This document shows positions 29,541 to 40,449 of a stretch of DNA of 64,000 nucleotides, piece by piece. This DNA is from Thermoplasmatota archaeon (GTDB taxonomy: Archaea; Thermoplasmatota; Penumbrarchaeia; Penumbrarchaeales; Penumbrarchaeaceae): NCBI GenBank assembly GCA_965234725.1, contig CBDDUX010000003.1, forward strand, positions 1 to 64,000, in the 5' to 3' direction. How positions within the stretch are numbered: position 1 is the first letter of the stretch; each line of letters starts with the position of its first letter. The notes beneath the pieces were generated by a model. The model was not told where the DNA came from. It searched no databases and was given only the letters and a program-made list of their open reading frames with translations. Both the position numbers and the translations under genes were made by a program.

Positions 29541-32500
29541 GTGGTCATCTTCTTACTTATAGCATCCTCCATACTCTTTTTTGGAGGTTGGGAGGGGGTA
29601 CAGGCGTCTACATTGACCGTCTCAAAGGATGGTTCGAAGATGTACACCTCGATCCAGGAAGCTGTGAATGCGGCTTTGCCGGGTGATGAGATATTGATCT
29701 CTCCCGGTAACTATTCCGAATATGTCAATATCAGGACAGAAGGATTAGTTCTAAGGGGGGAGGAAGAGACTGGAACTGTGATATCTCCTGGAACAATAGA
29801 AAAGGCAATTTCTATCGAAGCAGCCAATGTAACTATTAAATTCATTAATACCACATTGTGCAGGGTCGGGATATTGATCGAAGGAGTAAATGACACGGAG
29901 ATCGATAACTGTTCTCTTTATGGATCTGATTTCTCGCTGGAATCTAGGGGATGCAGCAGGGTTATTGTTGAAAACAACACCTTGAAAAATGATGTAGAGC
30001 TCAGTTGGACGACCAATGCATATTTCCAGGGGAACACAATGGAGAACTCATGCCTTTCGATCATTGGAGATAGATTGCAGTTCTGGAATTCCCATTCAAT
30101 TGATACTTCCAACAAGGTCAATGGAAAGGACCTTGTTTACATCAATAAGGTCTCCAGTGATAGTTTGAACATAGATGCCGGGCAACTGATAATTGCAGAT
30201 TGTGTATCCGTTTCCATAAATCCTCAGACCATCGCTGGAATTGAATATCCTCTTCAGATAGGTTTCTCCAGTATGATCACTATAACAGGGTCCAATTTCT
30301 CTGACTGTTCGATGGGTATTCGAACCTTCAGGACCTCAGATTCCACCCTGGCAGGATGCCTGATCTCAGATTGTGATCAGGAAGGCATTTTTCTACAGGA
30401 AAGTGATTGGAATTGGATCTCGGAAAATGACATATTCGATTGTGAAAATGGCATCAGGATACTCGATTCAAACAACAACACGATGTCAAAGGACGAAATC
30501 CACGATAACTCTCAAAATGGTATACTTATTCAAACAAGTTTGTTTTCCAAAATGAGCAGGTCGAATATTGTCCAGGAATGCAATATTTTCGGAAACCAGA
30601 AAGGTATCCGTATTCATCACTCACCTGGGAACCTGATCTTGAATTCCAATCTATCATCAAATTGGGTCAACGGAATTGAGATCATTTCGGAAAACATATC
30701 CCCAAACGCCCTATTTAATTCGGTCGAGGATTGCCTTATATCTAATAATCAGATGGTTGGATTGAACCTATACTATGCATCCAAGACTATTGTTGAATCC
30801 ACTACGTTCAAAAAGAATAGGCACCAGGGTTTGACCTCATTCAATAGTGAGGGGTCAATGGTGGGGAACTCGACCTTCGTCGATGAAGATTCCGGACTCT
30901 ATGCATATGGTGGTATCTTTACTTTGAATGGAAACACCTTTCTGGATTGCTCAAACATGGGAGCAGGTATTTTCTTAACTGAAAAAACCTCAGTGTCCGG
31001 AAATTCCTTCATAGGACTTGGATCTGGCCTGTTCATGGGAAATTGCAACAACATCTCCATTTTTCAAAATTCCTTTAACGGATCCTATCTTGATCCCTCT
31101 GATTCCAGGTATTGCAGGGTTTTCAACAATGAGTTCCTTTCAACAGATATTGCAGGAACCGGAACCCATTTTTCCTGGAACATTACAAAGATCCCAGGGA
31201 AGAATATTATCGGTGGATCTTACCTGGGGGGAAATTATTGGTCGAACTATACGGGACTGGACCTTGATGGTGATGGATTGGGAGATACGGAAATCCCTCA
31301 TTGGCCAGGAGATCAACTCCCACTACAGTTCGATCTTGTTCCACCGACGATCACGGACCAAACTGAAGGGAATCCCACCACAGGTGACATCTTCAGGGTA
31401 CGAGCAAGACCACGAGATGAGAGACTCGGGGTCTTTCCAACATTGGAATACTGGTTTGGAAACGATAATACCCATATCAACGAATCCATGATCGTCTGCG
31501 ATCCTTGGGGTGTTGATATCTCCATCTCATCGGATTCACTGGACCCTCTTCATTACATCTGCTCGGTCCGCGATGATGCTGGCAACTGGAATAACACTGG
31601 CATGATCACCAGGGAGGTTCTGGATAACGACCCTCCAGTCTTTTCTCTCTCGATCCAAGGAGGTAACTACAAGGATGTGGGAGAGGAGATCGAGTTCTTG
31701 GCTGCAGGGATGGATAACATCAAGATCGATGATGTGAGACTGGTCTATGTGGATGTCCATGGTGTCGAGCATAACCAGACACAGGGTGTGGAGGATCCGG
31801 ATATTCAAACCTTGAATATTTACTCCCTCCCTCCGCAGGATGCCCCAGGGACGATCACAATGTGGCTCTGGGGTATCGATACCTCTGGAAACATCAACGA
31901 GACAGAAAAGACCACGGTAACGATCCTTGAGAATCCCCCTCCATTGATAGAGATACTCTCAATTGAGAATGGATCATCAATTCGCAGGACCATCGATATC
32001 AGGATCAATGTTACCGATCCCTATGAGGATATCCTCAATGTCGATCTGGAAGTCATAAACAATGAAACGAAGGAATTGATACCCCTGGCAAATTGGACAT
32101 CAGAGGAAGGGATCCTGATTTTCGAATGGAACACCTTAGAGGTCCTTGATGGTGTTTACCTGATCAATGTTAAAGCCAGGGATGCTTCCGACAAGAACAA
32201 TTCCTTCATGATCTGGGTCCGTGTGGACAATACCCCTCCAAGTGCAAATGCTGGAGATGACATTGAGGTTCGCACCGGTGAAGAGGTCCATTTCAACGGG
32301 ACCTCTTCCATTGACAATATGGGACCATTCTCCTTGACATTCATATGGGTGTTCAGGGAAAATGGCATCCCGATCGAATTGCAAGGGCCAGATCCTGTGT
32401 ATATATTCCAAACTGCTGGAACCTATGATGTCCTCCTAACTGTCCTTGACGATGCCGGAAACAATGGTAATGATACGGTTATGGTATTGGTCAAGGAACC

Positions 32501-33200
32501 CCCGAGCACCCCAAGGATATCGTCTACCTCAGTACCTGACGGTGCAATAAATGTGAATCTGGATATATCGATCAAGATCGATTTCACAGAACCTATGGAC
32601 CGTGTATCAATTGGTGACTCCCTAATCCTTTCACCTCTGGAAAGTTATAGACTGGTCTGGGATGATAATAGCAGGGGCGTGCTCATCGAATTCCCTGACG
32701 GATTATCAGAGATCACCAAATATCTGCTGACCCTGGACGGTCCTTTTAGTGAGCAAGGAGTTATCCTATCACCCAGGAATTTCACATTGAATTTCACCAC
32801 ACTTGAAAAAGAGAATATAATAATTGAGATAACCTCTGTTAAGGAGGGTGCCACGGTTGGAAAAGGTGAGGTATTCACCGTATCAGGAAGTATCAACGGA
32901 CTTCCGGGAGGTTCCGAGGTTACCGTGACATTAGGCGGAAGGACCTTCTCAACGACCCTGGGTTCCTCCAACAGCTTCAATATTGATGTTATTGCCCCTG
33001 AGGAGGTAGGAACACATGAGATGCATGTCAGGGCCGGAAACAAAGATAGAATGATAAATATTCGGGTAGTTGATGAAAAGGAGGGAGGCGAGGGTTATCT
33101 TCCAATGATCATAGGTATTATCCTGATCATCCTTGTCATGGTCCTTGCTGGTTATATCTGGATAAGGAAGGGAAATAGAGCTGAGATAATGGAAGAATGA
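29541..33200 (+). CDS. Surface protein: NosD/CASH beta-helix, Ig-like, PKD domains, C-terminal TM
   Basis: YTSIQEAVNAA, GGNYWSNY.GLDLDGDGLGD, PKD (ANAGDD..FNGTSS..GTYDVLLTV), FTEPMD, TM then RKG. Confidence 0.85.
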   Translation: MVIFLLIASSILFFGGWEGVQASTLTVSKDGSKMYTSIQEAVNAALPGDEILISPGNYSEYVNIRTEGLVLRGEEETGTVISPGTIEKAISIEAANVTIKFINTTLCRVGILIEGVNDTEIDNCSLYGSDFSLESRGCSRVIVENNTLKNDVELSWTTNAYFQGNTMENSCLSIIGDRLQFWNSHSIDTSNKVNGKDLVYINKVSSDSLNIDAGQLIIADCVSVSINPQTIAGIEYPLQIGFSSMITITGSNFSDCSMGIRTFRTSDSTLAGCLISDCDQEGIFLQESDWNWISENDIFDCENGIRILDSNNNTMSKDEIHDNSQNGILIQTSLFSKMSRSNIVQECNIFGNQKGIRIHHSPGNLILNSNLSSNWVNGIEIISENISPNALFNSVEDCLISNNQMVGLNLYYASKTIVESTTFKKNRHQGLTSFNSEGSMVGNSTFVDEDSGLYAYGGIFTLNGNTFLDCSNMGAGIFLTEKTSVSGNSFIGLGSGLFMGNCNNISIFQNSFNGSYLDPSDSRYCRVFNNEFLSTDIAGTGTHFSWNITKIPGKNIIGGSYLGGNYWSNYTGLDLDGDGLGDTEIPHWPGDQLPLQFDLVPPTITDQTEGNPTTGDIFRVRARPRDERLGVFPTLEYWFGNDNTHINESMIVCDPWGVDISISSDSLDPLHYICSVRDDAGNWNNTGMITREVLDNDPPVFSLSIQGGNYKDVGEEIEFLAAGMDNIKIDDVRLVYVDVHGVEHNQTQGVEDPDIQTLNIYSLPPQDAPGTITMWLWGIDTSGNINETEKTTVTILENPPPLIEILSIENGSSIRRTIDIRINVTDPYEDILNVDLEVINNETKELIPLANWTSEEGILIFEWNTLEVLDGVYLINVKARDASDKNNSFMIWVRVDNTPPSANAGDDIEVRTGEEVHFNGTSSIDNMGPFSLTFIWVFRENGIPIELQGPDPVYIFQTAGTYDVLLTVLDDAGNNGNDTVMVLVKEPPSTPRISSTSVPDGAINVNLDISIKIDFTEPMDRVSIGDSLILSPLESYRLVWDDNSRGVLIEFPDGLSEITKYLLTLDGPFSEQGVILSPRNFTLNFTTLEKENIIIEITSVKEGATVGKGEVFTVSGSINGLPGGSEVTVTLGGRTFSTTLGSSNSFNIDVIAPEEVGTHEMHVRAGNKDRMINIRVVDEKEGGEGYLPMIIGIILIILVMVLAGYIWIRKGNRAEIMEE

Positions 33201-33202
33201 GA

Positions 33203-34156
33203 TCAGGATCCGTAATATTCATTGTACCATTCAATGAAATTGTGTATACCTTGTTCCAGAGAGGTCACTGGTTCATATCCCAGAAGTTGCTTTGAATGAT
33301 CAATATCTGCATATGTTTTTGGGACATCACCAGGCTGAAGTGGCATGTAATTCTTCTTCGCTTCCTTTCCAAGTTCTTTTTCTATAAGTGATATGAAATA
33401 TTCCAGGTCGGCAGGTCTGTTATTTCCCAGGTTGAAAACCTCATATTTGAAAGGTCTCTCGAGGCAAGCCGTAATACCACTTACGATATCATCAACGTAT
33501 GTGAAGTCCCTCTCCATCTTTCCGAAGTTGAAAACATCGATCGGCTCATCCTCTTTGATAGCTTTTGTGAACTTGAAAAGTGCCATGTCCGGTCTGCCGA
33601 ACGGACCGTAGACGGTAAAGAACCTAAGCCCTGTTGTATTCATTCCGAAAAGATGGGAGTAAACATGGGCCATCAGTTCATTGGATTTCTTTGTTGCTGC
33701 ATAAAGGGAGATGGGTGAATCCACATTATCCTCAACGGAAAATGGTACCTTGGTATTGCCCCCGTACACCGATGATGAGCTGGCATATACAAGGTCCTTG
33801 ATGCCATTATGTCTGCAGGTTTCCAACACGTTGAGGAACCCAACGAGGTTGGAATCAATATAGGTCCTTGGATGTTCCAGGGAATATCTTACACCGGCCT
33901 GAGCAGCAAGATTGCAGAATTTATCAGGTCTATGTTCCTTTACAACTCTATCCAGTTCTTCCCTGTCACAGAGGTCCGCTTTGTGGAAAATATAATTATC
34001 AAATCCGTCCAGAACCTTCATCCTCGATTTCTTAAGGGTGACATCGTAGTACTCATTGACATTGTCATATCCTATGATCTGGTACCCTCTCTTGAGAAGA
34101 TGTCTTGCCAGGTGAAAACCAATAAAACCGGCGGTTCCTGTGATGAGGACTTTCAT
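33203..34156 (-). CDS. NAD-dependent epimerase (UDP-glucuronate 4-epimerase-like)
   Basis: TGTAGFIG, LAAQAGVRYS, YAATKK, GRPDMA. Confidence 0.92.
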   Translation of the reverse strand: MKVLITGTAGFIGFHLARHLLKRGYQIIGYDNVNEYYDVTLKKSRMKVLDGFDNYIFHKADLCDREELDRVVKEHRPDKFCNLAAQAGVRYSLEHPRTYIDSNLVGFLNVLETCRHNGIKDLVYASSSSVYGGNTKVPFSVEDNVDSPISLYAATKKSNELMAHVYSHLFGMNTTGLRFFTVYGPFGRPDMALFKFTKAIKEDEPIDVFNFGKMERDFTYVDDIVSGITACLERPFKYEVFNLGNNRPADLEYFISLIEKELGKEAKKNYMPLQPGDVPKTYADIDHSKQLLGYEPVTSLEQGIHNFIEWYNEYYGS

Positions 34157-34173
34157 AAATGGAGAAAAGACTA

Positions 34174-35139
34174 CTATGATTTCAATTTTATCTCTAAATC
34201 CTTCTTTACCGAGGAATAGCAGACCTCAGCAATGGTAACTGCCCTTAAGCCATCTATACTGGGGATAGGTGGGTCCATATTACCTCTTGCAACCCTCACC
34301 ATGTCTCCAAGGAGGGGAATGATCGTGTTCTTTTCTCTCTTAACTCTCCTCTTTTTCATTTTCCCGTTGTTGACATTGTAGATAGTATCGGTGAGGGTGT
34401 CAACCCAGATGAATCCCTCTTCGAGGTCTACCCTGAGATATCTGGTCCTCTGGTTCGTATTCCTTGAGATCCTGAAAGCTCCCTCCAATCCATCAGAGAG
34501 TTTCAGGTTGCCATAAGCATAATCCTCCCAGACAGGGTTGAGTATTCGTTCTGTCCAGCAGGATGTTGAGACTACCTTTCCCATGAGATGTTCGACCAGG
34601 TCGAAAACATGGACCCCGGTATTCAGAATACACCCTCCCATTGCTCTCTCTTCCATCAACCAGGGGGTTTTTGGAGGTTCCAGCGCACTGACAGCCTCGA
34701 ACCACCTCAAAGGACCCTTATCTTTCAGGATCTCCTTTAGTTCAATTATGGTCGGTGAATATCTGAGGGTCTGGGCTATGGTCAAGCTTCCGTCTGATCC
34801 TTTCTCTGCCTTCACTAAGTCCCTGCATTGATCGGAATTCCCGCACATTGGCTTCTCCAGGAGTACATGTACCCCTTTTTCGAGTCCCTTCAGTGCAAGT
34901 TCATGATGGGTATCGGTAGGGGTTGCAATGATAAGAAGATCGATCCCTTCGGTCAGAAGTCCATCGAGATCTCCGAACGATCCAACATTCTTTTCAAGCC
35001 ATCTCTTTTCAAGTCCCAAGGAAGGATCCGATCTTGTTACTCCTGTGAGTTCCATTTCTGGTATGTCGTTAAGGATATGATCGATGTATCTTGATCCGTG
35101 CCTGCCGGCCCCGGCCACTCCCACCTTGATAGGATCCAT
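34174..35139 (-). CDS. Gfo/Idh/MocA oxidoreductase
   Basis: GAGRHG, ATPTDTH, LEKPM, GGCILNTGVH. Confidence 0.9.
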   Translation of the reverse strand: MDPIKVGVAGAGRHGSRYIDHILNDIPEMELTGVTRSDPSLGLEKRWLEKNVGSFGDLDGLLTEGIDLLIIATPTDTHHELALKGLEKGVHVLLEKPMCGNSDQCRDLVKAEKGSDGSLTIAQTLRYSPTIIELKEILKDKGPLRWFEAVSALEPPKTPWLMEERAMGGCILNTGVHVFDLVEHLMGKVVSTSCWTERILNPVWEDYAYGNLKLSDGLEGAFRISRNTNQRTRYLRVDLEEGFIWVDTLTDTIYNVNNGKMKKRRVKREKNTIIPLLGDMVRVARGNMDPPIPSIDGLRAVTIAEVCYSSVKKDLEIKLKS

Positions 35140-35250
35140 GTACCTGTATAGACATATCTCAACAAAAAACTTGCTCAGATCATCTGAACAATATTGTTAT
35201 TTTGACCTTTTCCATGACCAGTGAAAGGAGGACCAAAAGGATGGTTCCGA

Positions 35251-36033
35251 TCAGTTTATTAGAAGAACAGAGGCACTGGACCTCTTTGCGAAACGGGACC
35301 TCAGGTGAAAATATCCTCTTTTCTTAATCCTTCCAAGTATGATCAGGTCCAGGTCCCTTTCCTTTGCTTTCCTGTATATGAACGAGTCCACCCTTTCATT
35401 GGCAACTTCCTTCCATTTAAGCCTGTTGGCGGTTGAGATCCTGTCAGGCTCATCCTTATCAAGTCTTCCCTCCGGGTCCATGATGAAATAAGGCTCCAAT
35501 CTTGAATTGAATGTTCTTTGGAGGACCTTTGCAGCCCGGGGGGATTTTATATTGGGCCCAAGGTTGGTGCAGAATAGACCTATGTTCTTGATCGGACCGC
35601 CATTCCTTTCGATCCATACCGGGACCGGGGATCGGTCCATTATCCTGTATTTCAGAAGATCATAGGACCTGTATTCCATGATCAACAGGTCAGCTTCCTC
35701 TCTCTCGACCGTGTTGGAAACAGTATCTGAATAACTACCTTTCCTGATAATTAGCTGGACAGGTATGTCTCCAAGTATCTTCTGGGCTTCCTTCTTGAGG
35801 ACATCCTTTGCCATCTTCTCATGGGTCCTTATCATCTTACGTTCCCAGATCTCATGTTCCTTATCCGTGAGAACGTGTGTACTCATCTCCTGGACCTTGT
35901 CAAAGACATTATCCTCGATTATATAGGATACCGCCACCTCTGATCCTAGAGCCCGGGAGATGTCCCTTGCTCGCGAAAGAGCCAGGTCCGGGAACTGTTC
36001 CATGGGTAACGATACCACTATTCTCTTGAACAT
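35251..36033 (-). CDS. Universal stress protein (tandem USP-like)
   Basis: True start MFKRIVV overlaps the transporter stop; ADLLIM, DLIILG, SVLLIN. Confidence 0.8.
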   Translation of the reverse strand: MFKRIVVSLPMEQFPDLALSRARDISRALGSEVAVSYIIEDNVFDKVQEMSTHVLTDKEHEIWERKMIRTHEKMAKDVLKKEAQKILGDIPVQLIIRKGSYSDTVSNTVEREEADLLIMEYRSYDLLKYRIMDRSPVPVWIERNGGPIKNIGLFCTNLGPNIKSPRAAKVLQRTFNSRLEPYFIMDPEGRLDKDEPDRISTANRLKWKEVANERVDSFIYRKAKERDLDLIILGRIKKRGYFHLRSRFAKRSSASVLLIN

Positions 36034-37415
36034 CACCACACCCCTATCAATTTCCAGTATGTATAAGCTATTAACATCACCACTCCCATCGTTACAAGGT
36101 TCGCAACTATTCCTGCCTTGAGCAGGTCCTTCTGAGTGAAGTAACCGGATGAGAAGGAGATAAGGTTGCCGGGAGTGGAGATAAGGAACATGAAGGCCAG
36201 ACCTCCGGAGAGGCCAACAAGCATAGCTCCCATCTCGGGTGGGAGACCTACACTGGTGAACACTGCGAAACCTATTGGCAATAGAATAGATACTGCAGCC
36301 GTATTGGACATGAACTCTGTTAACACCTTGGTCAAAAGGATAACTATAATGATCGATAGGAAAACGCTTCCGGATGTGAGTTTGAGTACCTCGAGTGAGA
36401 GCCATTCGGCTGCTCCGGAATTGGCAAGATGCACACCCATTGAGATGGCACCTCCATATAGGAGGATGATGCCCCAAGGTATCTTGTTCTCCACATCCTC
36501 CCATCTCATGCCTCCAACCAGGAAGATCGCGATCCCACCGATCAAGGCGATCACTGCCAGGTCAACTTCGAGGAAGGAGGGGAGGATAACAAAGCATAGG
36601 ACCACAAACATCAATACCACTATTATCAATACATCTTTGAACCGAACCTTTGGCACCTCCCTGACCTCCTCTTCAATTACAGCCATTCCTTTTCTGAGGT
36701 CCTTGATCTCCGGAGGAAATATCACTATCAGCACTATCCAGACAAGAAGGAGGGAGAGTAAAACGATTGGGAGAGATAGGACCATCCATCTAAGGAAATC
36801 CACCTCTATTCCCTGAGACCTGAGGAATCCTATGGTCAGTGGATTCCTGGCTCCACCAAGAGGAGTTGCCAGGCTTCCTATCGTACATCCGTAAGCTGCA
36901 CCAATCATTACACCTTTGGCCAGGTTCGATCTAAGAGGAACCAATCCCATTCCAACAATCGTGAACATGAGTACTGGGACGATCAATACAATAACACCAT
37001 GTTCCGGCATGATGAATGATAGGAGTGCACCGGATACCATCGTCATCAAAACAAGGGCCGATGGTGAATTTCCAGATAACTTCAGGATACGAAGGGAAAC
37101 CAGTTTGTGAATTGGTGTCCGTTCAATGGTAGCTGCGATCATGAAGGCCCCTATTAGGAAGAACACAGCTGAATTTCCAAAGGATGAGAAGGTCTGATCA
37201 ATGTTCGTAACACCCAGAAGTAGGGGAAGAAGAAGAACAAGGACACCTGCCAATCCGAGGGGGATCGGTTGAAGAAGGAAAGCTGTGGCAGCAAAGGCCA
37301 GGACACCGAACATGGCCTGTCCGTCACTTGAAAGCCCATCCGGTCTCGGTAGTGAGATCACCAATAAAAGCAGAAGGACCGGAAGAGAAAGCCTTGCGAT
37401 CCTTCTTGCATTCAA
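36033..37415 (-). CDS. SLC13/DASS anion symporter (probable sulfate transporter)
   Basis: GSLATPLGGARNP, TEFMSNTA, ISTPGN; in sat/cysC operon. Confidence 0.88.
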   Translation of the reverse strand: MNARRIARLSLPVLLLLLVISLPRPDGLSSDGQAMFGVLAFAATAFLLQPIPLGLAGVLVLLLPLLLGVTNIDQTFSSFGNSAVFFLIGAFMIAATIERTPIHKLVSLRILKLSGNSPSALVLMTMVSGALLSFIMPEHGVIVLIVPVLMFTIVGMGLVPLRSNLAKGVMIGAAYGCTIGSLATPLGGARNPLTIGFLRSQGIEVDFLRWMVLSLPIVLLSLLLVWIVLIVIFPPEIKDLRKGMAVIEEEVREVPKVRFKDVLIIVVLMFVVLCFVILPSFLEVDLAVIALIGGIAIFLVGGMRWEDVENKIPWGIILLYGGAISMGVHLANSGAAEWLSLEVLKLTSGSVFLSIIIVILLTKVLTEFMSNTAAVSILLPIGFAVFTSVGLPPEMGAMLVGLSGGLAFMFLISTPGNLISFSSGYFTQKDLLKAGIVANLVTMGVVMLIAYTYWKLIGVW

Positions 37416-37437
37416 ATAACCACTCCTTCATATGTAT

Positions 37438-37977
37438 TCAGGAGATGAAACCCATCTCCCTAACCTTTGCTACTATAGCATCGATCTCTTCTTCAAGGGT
37501 CTGTTCATGGGAGTAAACTGTCACTTCCGGATCCACAGGGGGTTCGTAGACCCCATCATATCCGGTCAGGTTCGTTATCTCGCCCTTAATAGCTTTGGCA
37601 TAGAGTCCCTTTGGATCCCTTTCTATTCTAACTTCCTTGGTCGATTCGACCATGACCTCAACGAAGTTACCTATTTCCTCTCTGGCCATGTCCCTTACAT
37701 CCTTGAAGGGTGAGATCAGGGAGACTATGTTCGGTATCCCATACTTGGTCATGAGCTTTGCATGGTTGATCACGACCTTATTGTGCATCTTCCTTGATTC
37801 GGCTGAAAAACCGATGTCAGGATAGAGTTTTTTTCTCACAGAATCACCATCGAAGATCTCCAGAGGCAATCCCAAATTCTCAAAGTATTTGCTCAGACCA
37901 TCAGCCAGATAGGTCTTACCTGCTCCGCTAGGTCCTGTTAGCCATATTGTGAATCCTTTGTGTCCGTTTTCTGTCAT
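37438..37977 (-). CDS. cysC: Adenylylsulfate kinase
   Basis: WLTGPSGAGKT, DGD.VR, RDPKGLY, TGYDGVYEPP. Confidence 0.95.
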   Translation of the reverse strand: MTENGHKGFTIWLTGPSGAGKTYLADGLSKYFENLGLPLEIFDGDSVRKKLYPDIGFSAESRKMHNKVVINHAKLMTKYGIPNIVSLISPFKDVRDMAREEIGNFVEVMVESTKEVRIERDPKGLYAKAIKGEITNLTGYDGVYEPPVDPEVTVYSHEQTLEEEIDAIVAKVREMGFIS

Positions 37978-37992
37978 ATAGCATACCTCCTA

Positions 37993-38943
37993 TTATTGTT
38001 CCAATCCTATTTTGGGTCCAAGGATCGAGAGCACATCTTGCACTCTATCACGGGGATAGACGGACCCGACGACCTCACTCTTTCCTCCAGCATTGATCCC
38101 TATTTCCTTCAACTTTGAGATAAGTGCGGCCATATCCATCCTCGAAGCTGTCTCTGAACTAATCCTGAGATAGGTCTGCCCCTTTCCATGGAAATCCCTG
38201 TTAACAACAAGTGCTCCGGCGTATCCTAATTCCCAGACCGCCTTCCTTGCAAGTTTGGAGATCACATTGTAAGGTGTTTCCATATCCATGTAGCAGAACT
38301 CCCCAAACTCCATCCTTGAAGCCAGGGTTTCTTCTATCGTCCTTTCGATCTCTGACAATTTCTTGTTCCATTCCGGATGATCGATCAACCCGGATGGATC
38401 CAACAGAAGGACCTCTCCCACCGCTTTCTCTACAGCTGCAAGGTCCACTGCCAGATAATTGGAATCTATCAGTGAAACAATTTTCAGTGCATCTTCCACT
38501 GTAAGTCCAGCTGAATCCAACTGGCCTTTCACCTTAGGGTGGAGAAGAGCTTTCTCTCCTATATCTCCGATCGCTCCCAGGGAAGAGAGAAGGTCCCATT
38601 GACCGTATCGTTCAGAGATCACAATAGTACAGGATGGGAATCCTTTCGGATCCTCACCGTTTACAAGCGGGTTGATCTGATCGACCAATGGATTTTCGAT
38701 CCTTTCCTGGATATGGTGGTCAATGAAGGTAATCTTCTTCTCCGTATTCTTGATCTCAAGGGGAAGGTTAAGATCGACCACATAGACCTCGACATGTTCG
38801 GAAATGGCATTCCTGATCCTTTCGTTAAAACTGAAATCACCCACTTCCGGGGACATGTTGACATAGTCATTTATCCCGAGGGCGCGAATGAGTTTTGCGG
38901 CGGAGCAGATGCCATCCGTATCCCAGTGGTGAATTATCAGCAT
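37993..38943 (-). CDS. DHH-family phosphoesterase (probable PAP phosphatase)
   Basis: HHWDTDG, VVDL, IDHH, GGK; located between sat and cysC. Confidence 0.85.
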   Translation of the reverse strand: MLIIHHWDTDGICSAAKLIRALGINDYVNMSPEVGDFSFNERIRNAISEHVEVYVVDLNLPLEIKNTEKKITFIDHHIQERIENPLVDQINPLVNGEDPKGFPSCTIVISERYGQWDLLSSLGAIGDIGEKALLHPKVKGQLDSAGLTVEDALKIVSLIDSNYLAVDLAAVEKAVGEVLLLDPSGLIDHPEWNKKLSEIERTIEETLASRMEFGEFCYMDMETPYNVISKLARKAVWELGYAGALVVNRDFHGKGQTYLRISSETASRMDMAALISKLKEIGINAGGKSEVVGSVYPRDRVQDVLSILGPKIGLEQ

Positions 38944-38947
38944 ATTA

Positions 38948-40093
38948 TCATTCCACGAAGGGGTTCTCGAAGGTTCTGATGGTATCGAACACTTCCTTCC
39001 TCATGTGGTATGGTTTCGGGACCTCACCGGATTTGAGCATCTCCCTCATTTTTGTGCCTGAAAGGAAATCATGGTGTTCCTTGTCATGCGGGCAGATCTT
39101 CGAATTGACAATATTGCCACATTTGTGGCAGTGGAAGAATGCCTTGAAGACCATGGGTTCCATTCCAAGGTCCGGGAACTCCTTGAAGATCTCCTGTGCA
39201 TCGAAAGGTCCATAGTAGTTCCCTACGCCGGCATGGTCCCTTCCGATGATGATATGGGTGCATCCGAAGTTCTTTCTCATGATGGCATGATGGATCGCTT
39301 CCTTTGGACCTGCATATTTCATTTCGTACCTGAGTATGGACATATGGGTGATATCCTTGGGATAGTAGTTCTTGATCAACTCTTCGAAGGTCTTCAAGAT
39401 GACATCGTCCTTGAAATCTCCTGATTTCTTCTTGCCTATTACTGGGTTAATAAAGAGTCCGTCCACGAAGGTGGCAGCGGTCTTCTGGAGGAACTCATGG
39501 CCAAGATGGGAAACGTTCCTGGTCTGGAACGCAACAACGGTGTCCCATCCTTTTTCCCTGAACAGGACCCTTGTCTCTGCGGGGCTTAAGGTATGGTCCT
39601 TGTAGGGATTCTCAAGCTCTCCCAGCATTTCGATGTCGCCACCAAGCAAAGTATCATTCATCTCATAGACCCTTTTAACCCCGGGGTGTGCATTATCCGT
39701 GGTCTTGAAGACCGAAGATGAGAATTCCTTCTTATCGAAACCATAGATATCATCCACATACATCCTGGCAAACGGTCTGTCATTGTAGAACAACATGACC
39801 GCATCTCCTTCGTCCATTGTCTCGGGTTTCCTTTCAACATCAAGGACCACCGGTATTGACCAGGGAACATCATCAGGGAGCCTCATATCGACAAGTACAG
39901 ACTGAAGCTCGTCGGACATCATGAATCCATCCAGAGGTGAATAGACCCCGTGTGCAATAGAATGGACGTCAACCGCTGTTGCCTCATTGATGTCGATGCG
40001 AGGATATTCCTTGACCTCTCCGAGTATCCTTTCTGTGATCTTCTTGTTAACCGTTCTTTTTATCAATCGTCCGCCGTGTGGTTTGTTTACCAT
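38948..40093 (-). CDS. sat: Sulfate adenylyltransferase
   Basis: PHGG, FQTRNVSHLGHE, YAGPKEA, GRDHAGVG, SGTKMR. Confidence 0.96.
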   Translation of the reverse strand: MVNKPHGGRLIKRTVNKKITERILGEVKEYPRIDINEATAVDVHSIAHGVYSPLDGFMMSDELQSVLVDMRLPDDVPWSIPVVLDVERKPETMDEGDAVMLFYNDRPFARMYVDDIYGFDKKEFSSSVFKTTDNAHPGVKRVYEMNDTLLGGDIEMLGELENPYKDHTLSPAETRVLFREKGWDTVVAFQTRNVSHLGHEFLQKTAATFVDGLFINPVIGKKKSGDFKDDVILKTFEELIKNYYPKDITHMSILRYEMKYAGPKEAIHHAIMRKNFGCTHIIIGRDHAGVGNYYGPFDAQEIFKEFPDLGMEPMVFKAFFHCHKCGNIVNSKICPHDKEHHDFLSGTKMREMLKSGEVPKPYHMRKEVFDTIRTFENPFVE

Positions 40094-40116
40094 ATAATCA
40101 CCATTCATTGAATTTT

Positions 40117-40344
40117 TCAATCAAGATAGCCCAATGCCCTGAGCCTTTCCTTGACCTTCTCCTCTTCCTCTTCGGAAAAGGCCTCTTCCTTATCATCCTC
40201 TTCAAGGGAAGCGAGAACTTCCCTTAGAACATAGGTAACATAGTCTGAAACCGATGTGAAACCGGTTCCATTTATCCTGGCCTTGATCTTCTTGTATAGG
40301 GGTATCGGGATCGAGACCGTGGTGTGCTTTCTTTCCTCTGTCAT
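40117..40344 (-). CDS. CopG/ribbon-helix-helix protein
   Basis: TTVSIP..LY..I....GF.SVSDYV.YVLR; C-terminal VKERLRALGYLD. Confidence 0.85.
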   Translation of the reverse strand: MTEERKHTTVSIPIPLYKKIKARINGTGFTSVSDYVTYVLREVLASLEEDDKEEAFSEEEEEKVKERLRALGYLD

Positions 40345-40449
40345 GTTATCGCCTCATGGTCTTAATGACATTTAATGCGGAGACATTGAGACTATATATA
40401 TATTGTCATTAGATATTATGTAAGGAAGAATATTGGATCTTGGTTCGGA

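Noticed and set aside
29500-29541. Phase-variable G6 tract joining an upstream ATG to the surface protein
   Set aside because: The tract is short and the GTG at 29541 already gives a usable signal peptide; no support without reads.
36034-36504. N-terminal extension of the 417-aa ORF 35251-36504
   Set aside because: It overlaps the SLC13 gene in another frame; USP similarity starts at 36033.
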